This document shows positions 59,731 through 64,000 of a stretch of DNA of 64,000 bases, piece by piece; positions within the stretch are counted from its first letter, which is position 1; each line of letters starts with the position of its first letter. The notes under the pieces were generated by a model. That model was not told the DNA's origin, searched no databases, and saw only the letters and a list, made by a program, of their open reading frames with translations. Origin of the DNA: Eledone cirrhosa (Eukaryota); the NCBI GenBank assembly GCA_964016885.1, contig OZ024741.1:207204001-207268000 (forward strand), in the 5' to 3' direction. A program made the position numbers and the translations under genes.

Positions 59731-60032
59731 ATTTTTTTATAAGAAAATGATGATATAATTTATGGAGAAAAACTCTGCATTTCAATATTACTCAATGTAA
59801 AATCTAATGCATGAAAAATCGGAAAACATTATTTTTTGTAATATATCAAATCAAAATTACATTATTAAATCTTATTCTTATTCTGTTTCTTGTAAATAAT
59901 TTTTTCCAAAATATCAATTCAAAACTTTTGTGAATAGGCATCATATCTTGTCATTTACCTATGGTTTAAATTTCATATAAATCGAAAGGAAACATTTTTC
60001 TGAATATGTCAATATCTGTAAACTATCTTTTG

Positions 60033-60093
60033 TATTTTATCTGATGAGTGCGTACTAAAATTTTGGTACCCTTGAAATATATATAATAAAATA
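60033..60093 (+). ncRNA. Type I hammerhead ribozyme (minimal stem III)
   Basis: TATTTTAT-CTGATGA-GTGCGTACTAAAATTTTGGTACCCTT-GAAA-TATATA-TA^ATAAAATA. Confidence 0.7.
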
Positions 60094-60233
60094 AATATGG
60101 TTTTATAAAGATAGCTTCCATTTATTAATATTATTGATATTATACTGCAGAAGAATACAGTTGGGTGCTTCTAATCTGTTATAAACTAAATTTGTTGAAT
60201 AATCAACAAGTTAAATAACTCATTGCTTATATA

Positions 60234-60312
<79 letters not shown>

Positions 60313-60613
60313 GAAAGGTATAGAAAACATTGTAGCAAAAAGCCAACAGTATTCCATAATATATAAGTGACTATAGCGTCAAAATGGGAAAAATAGTTAA
60401 CGTAAGATGTGGGAAAAATAATTCAAACTCATCTCAAAGAGAATCAGGATATAGATTCATCCACAGAATTTAGTGAAATCCAGGGAAAAATCAATAGAGC
60501 CTTAACTCATGATAAAATATATATATATATATATAATATAACTTAGAGTTTACACTCAATGGGGTCATTTACAATTATTTCAGCTCTAAGAATCGCTTCT
60601 GAGCAGAATAAAT

Positions 60614-60695
<82 letters not shown>

Positions 60696-61408
60696 TGTAT
60701 GTGTGTATATGCATGTATGCGTGCGTATATATTAATCTCTCTCTCTGCAGTTATATTTCCCGCAGGACTTAAGTCCAATCGGTTTGTTGTAACTTTTTCT
60801 ATTTTCTCCTTGGTTACTCACTTGCATCTGCCATTGTCCTCCATTCGCTTTGTTTACTTCATTTTTCCCTCTTTCCTTTTTTCTCTTTCTTCCTCTCTCT
60901 TCACTATCTTTTCTTCCCCTCGGGGCCTTTTGATTGATAAACGACCTTGTGCACGTTGCTGATCGATTTCGATGTCCTGTTTTAAGCGCCGAAGCATCTA
61001 TGATCTGCAGTTAACAGCTGATGAAGGGTTTTTTCTCTCTTGTTTCGTCCATATTACCATCTTAAACTTTGTTTACAGTAACCACACAGCCTGCTTCGTT
61101 TCTTGTAATTTTATATATATATATATAAACGGTGTGCTTTTCGGGATGATCTTGATAAAAAAAGTGGAGTAAGCAAATATCCTGGACAACCCACACAGTA
61201 ACTTGTTTAGTGGTAATGGTTTGCGTGGGATCATTCACACGTTTGGTTCTACTGATAGCAACAGTTGGTGCAAATATGCCATAAGTCAGATGAACAGTCT
61301 TTCGTCTTATAAGCTAACCTATTGCGTGCCAGACACCAATATTTTAATTCCACGCACACACAACCATACATTCATTTATCCATCTATTAATTGTTTTTCC
61401 AATTTTAT

Positions 61409-61479
<71 letters not shown>

Positions 61480-61752
61480 ACACACACCACACACAAATAT
61501 ATGCATATTAAAAAGGTTAAAAAAGAAAAAAATTTAAATAAAGGGTTACAAATCCAATGCTCTTCAGTGGATGTTCAGGCCAGTAATCTACTCACTACTA
61601 AATTTCTTAGAAGACTAGATAATGCGCGTGTGTTAAGAGAGAAAAACGCAAGTGGTATCCCGTGCCTAGCGGGTCGAGTATAACGTAAGTTACTAAAAAA
61701 AATAGCAGCCAGACTCAATCGACATGTTCGACAAAAGTTTAGGAGCTGAATT

Positions 61753-61968
61753 TATCAAAAGTATATATTGAGTTAAAAACTCACAATTGTCCCTTATAAT
61801 TAAAATAGCTAAAGGAAAAAACTTTCCGAGCCTTATAAAATATGATTTGAACGTGTATATGTATCTGTATTTGTCTCTCTTTATTATAAGGCTCGGAAAA
61901 TGTTTTCCTTGAGCTATTTTAATTATAAGGGACTATTGTGAGTTTTTAACTCAATATATACTTTTGAT
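61753..61968. repeat. Fold-back with ~85-bp inverted arms
   Basis: TATCAAAAGTATATATTGAGTTAAAAACTCAC...CCGAGCCTTATAA versus TTATAAGGCTCGG...GAGTTTTTAACTCAATATATACTTTTGATA. Confidence 0.85.
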
Positions 61969-62029
61969 ATATTAAAATATATGAAGTTATATAAAAATAG
62001 TCACTGGTTGAAAAATGCAATCCTCTCAT

Positions 62030-63395
62030 AATGTATGCATTCCAACAAAAGATCTTCAACGAAAAAGAAATACTTGGACTTTAAACAAACTGTTCAACGG
62101 ACCTTGAAAAAAATGAAGTACCAGTGGTGGTCTTCAAAAGCAGTTGAACTTCAAACTGCTACCGATAGGAGGGATATAAAAGCCTTCTTTGAAGGTATAA
62201 AAGAGGTTTGTGGTCCTCATCAACGTGAATCCTCACCGGTGTTAACGTCGGATGAATCCAATTAAATTAAAAGGATGACTCCAATTAAAAGTGATATATG
62301 GAAAGAACACTTTGAAACAGTTTTAAATACTCCATCATTTGTGGATCATGATGCCATCGACTCAATCCCTGAATTGGATTTTGATCCAAAATAAACCGAA
62401 GTAAAAACAGCTATAAAACCAATGGTATCTCGTAAATCGCTTAATGATGATGCACTACCAGCTAGGGTGTACACATATGGAAATAATGTATTTATATATA
62501 AGGTTTGGGATTTGTTTATTTTGATTTGTAAGAATGGTCAGGTTCCTTAGGAATTTAAAGTTTTGAATCCCAGTTGAACTTCAACCTCGGGAGAGGAACC
62601 ACAGACATAGCTTGCGGCAGGGCTGCATTGAAAGTACGGATGCAGTGACCTATTTATGGTGTTGACGGAACAAAGGCTTTTGACTCTGTCAATCGCGATG
62701 CTTTGTGGTCAGTGCTGCAGAAGGTTGGGATTCCCAATAAGATGCTCAGTATTATAACATCCTTCCTTAAAAACATGCAATTTTCTGTTAAATATGATGG
62801 TGCTTCATCAGATCCTTTTCGTGTAAAAAATGGTACAATGCAGGGGTGCGTAATGACTCCTTTTTCGTTTTCTATTTACTCTTCTCTAATGCTAGAATAT
62901 GCATTTAAGGACTATAATGATGGTGTTTTATTTTCAATTTGGAACATCATGTGGGCTTTTCAATCAGCAAAGATTTAAGGCGAAGACCCTTACAAGAACA
63001 AAATTGCTTTTAGACTTCTTGTCTGCAGATCATGCGGCTCTAGTAGCTAAGTCTTTCTATGGAGCACAAGAAGTCGTAAGCCGCTTTTCCTCTGCAACAA
63101 AAGCGTTTGGCCTAACAGTAAGTGTTAAAACGACAAAAGTGATATACCAGCTCAAACCAACATCTGTTCAAAGAAGAGCTATAACACTACGTGGGCCCTA
63201 ATGCGGTGCACCATTACGTCAAAGTATTGAAGACTCTAAAGTATGTTAAGTCCTTCCCATACTTTGGAAGTAAAATCAATACTAGTGATTCTCTAGACGT
63301 TGAATTAGTGAATAGAATCACCAAGGGTAGTGATTCCTTTGGAAAGTCAGGTAAAAGGCTATGGAATGAGAAAGAGTGAGTCTGAATACCAAATT
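62030..63395 (+). mobile_element. RTE (BovB-like) LINE RT fragment, degraded
   Basis: QWWSSKAVELQ...AFFEGIKEVCGP; KAFDSVNRDALW; VKNGTMQGCVMTP; GLFNQQRFKAKT; FLSADHAAL; FPYFGS. Confidence 0.85.
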
Positions 63396-64000
63396 GTATA
63401 GATGTAACCGAGATTGCGTAACAGCGTATATAAATTTACACATTGAATATGTAGACGTGTAAACGTGCTAAATATACATATTTCCCTGTAAACAACCACT
63501 GTTAATAATAAATATTATTTTAACCTTATAGATAGTATGTGAGATCTTCATGAAGTGCATGTTTTGTCTATTTATTAGAGAACATAAAGGGATATAATCA
63601 GGCCAAAACAGAGCGTGTAGATAAGGTAGTTGGTATGAACCTACATCACTCAAATTTTTGTTCTATTTTTCTTTTGTCTTAATAGTAAGTAAATCATATA
63701 GACTGCATGTACATGAATATACTTTTAAGCCATACATATGTATTTAATACTGATTACTAAAGTACTTAATATGTATTAATGGGCCTTTTACGAGATTTGT
63801 ATAGACCTGGACATAACTAAATATTGCGGGATGTTTTTGTTTTCTGGGGTTTAGCGATTCTGCTCGTCAGTGATTCGAGAATGCTAATATTTATATCAGC
63901 CTAATAATTATACTCCTTAAAGCTGCTGTATAGCTTGTATTATTATGAACAACAAAGAGCCCTGCGTGCCTAATAAAGAAATCATTATTATGAACAACTC

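Overview
AT-rich, microsatellite-dense eukaryotic (animal) DNA with no recognisable host gene. The tRNA-derived SINE family and repeat landscape suggest a cephalopod such as Octopus (inference). The window is a mosaic of decayed transposons: an internally deleted Helitron (1020-5635), several Penelope-like element (PLE) families with pseudo-LTR/inversion structures, R4/Dong-type, L1/Tx1-type and RTE-type LINE remnants, and SINEs. The stand-out feature is a ~6.9 kb non-coding array of apparently identical 310-bp units (12341-19225). Each unit carries a type I hammerhead ribozyme (CUGAUGA...GAAAC-GC-GUA, closed by a long stem I). There are 22 complete copies in two divergent blocks joined at a 9-bp microhomology inversion, and the array sits in a (TA)n tract next to a near full-length PLE. 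This looks like a PLE-mobilised non-LTR retrozyme that could yield ~310-nt linear or circular RNAs. At least two other non-coding tandem/inverted families with hammerhead-like motifs, plus several solo hammerheads, occur in the same window. Coordinates were read by eye; boundaries of decayed elements are approximate.
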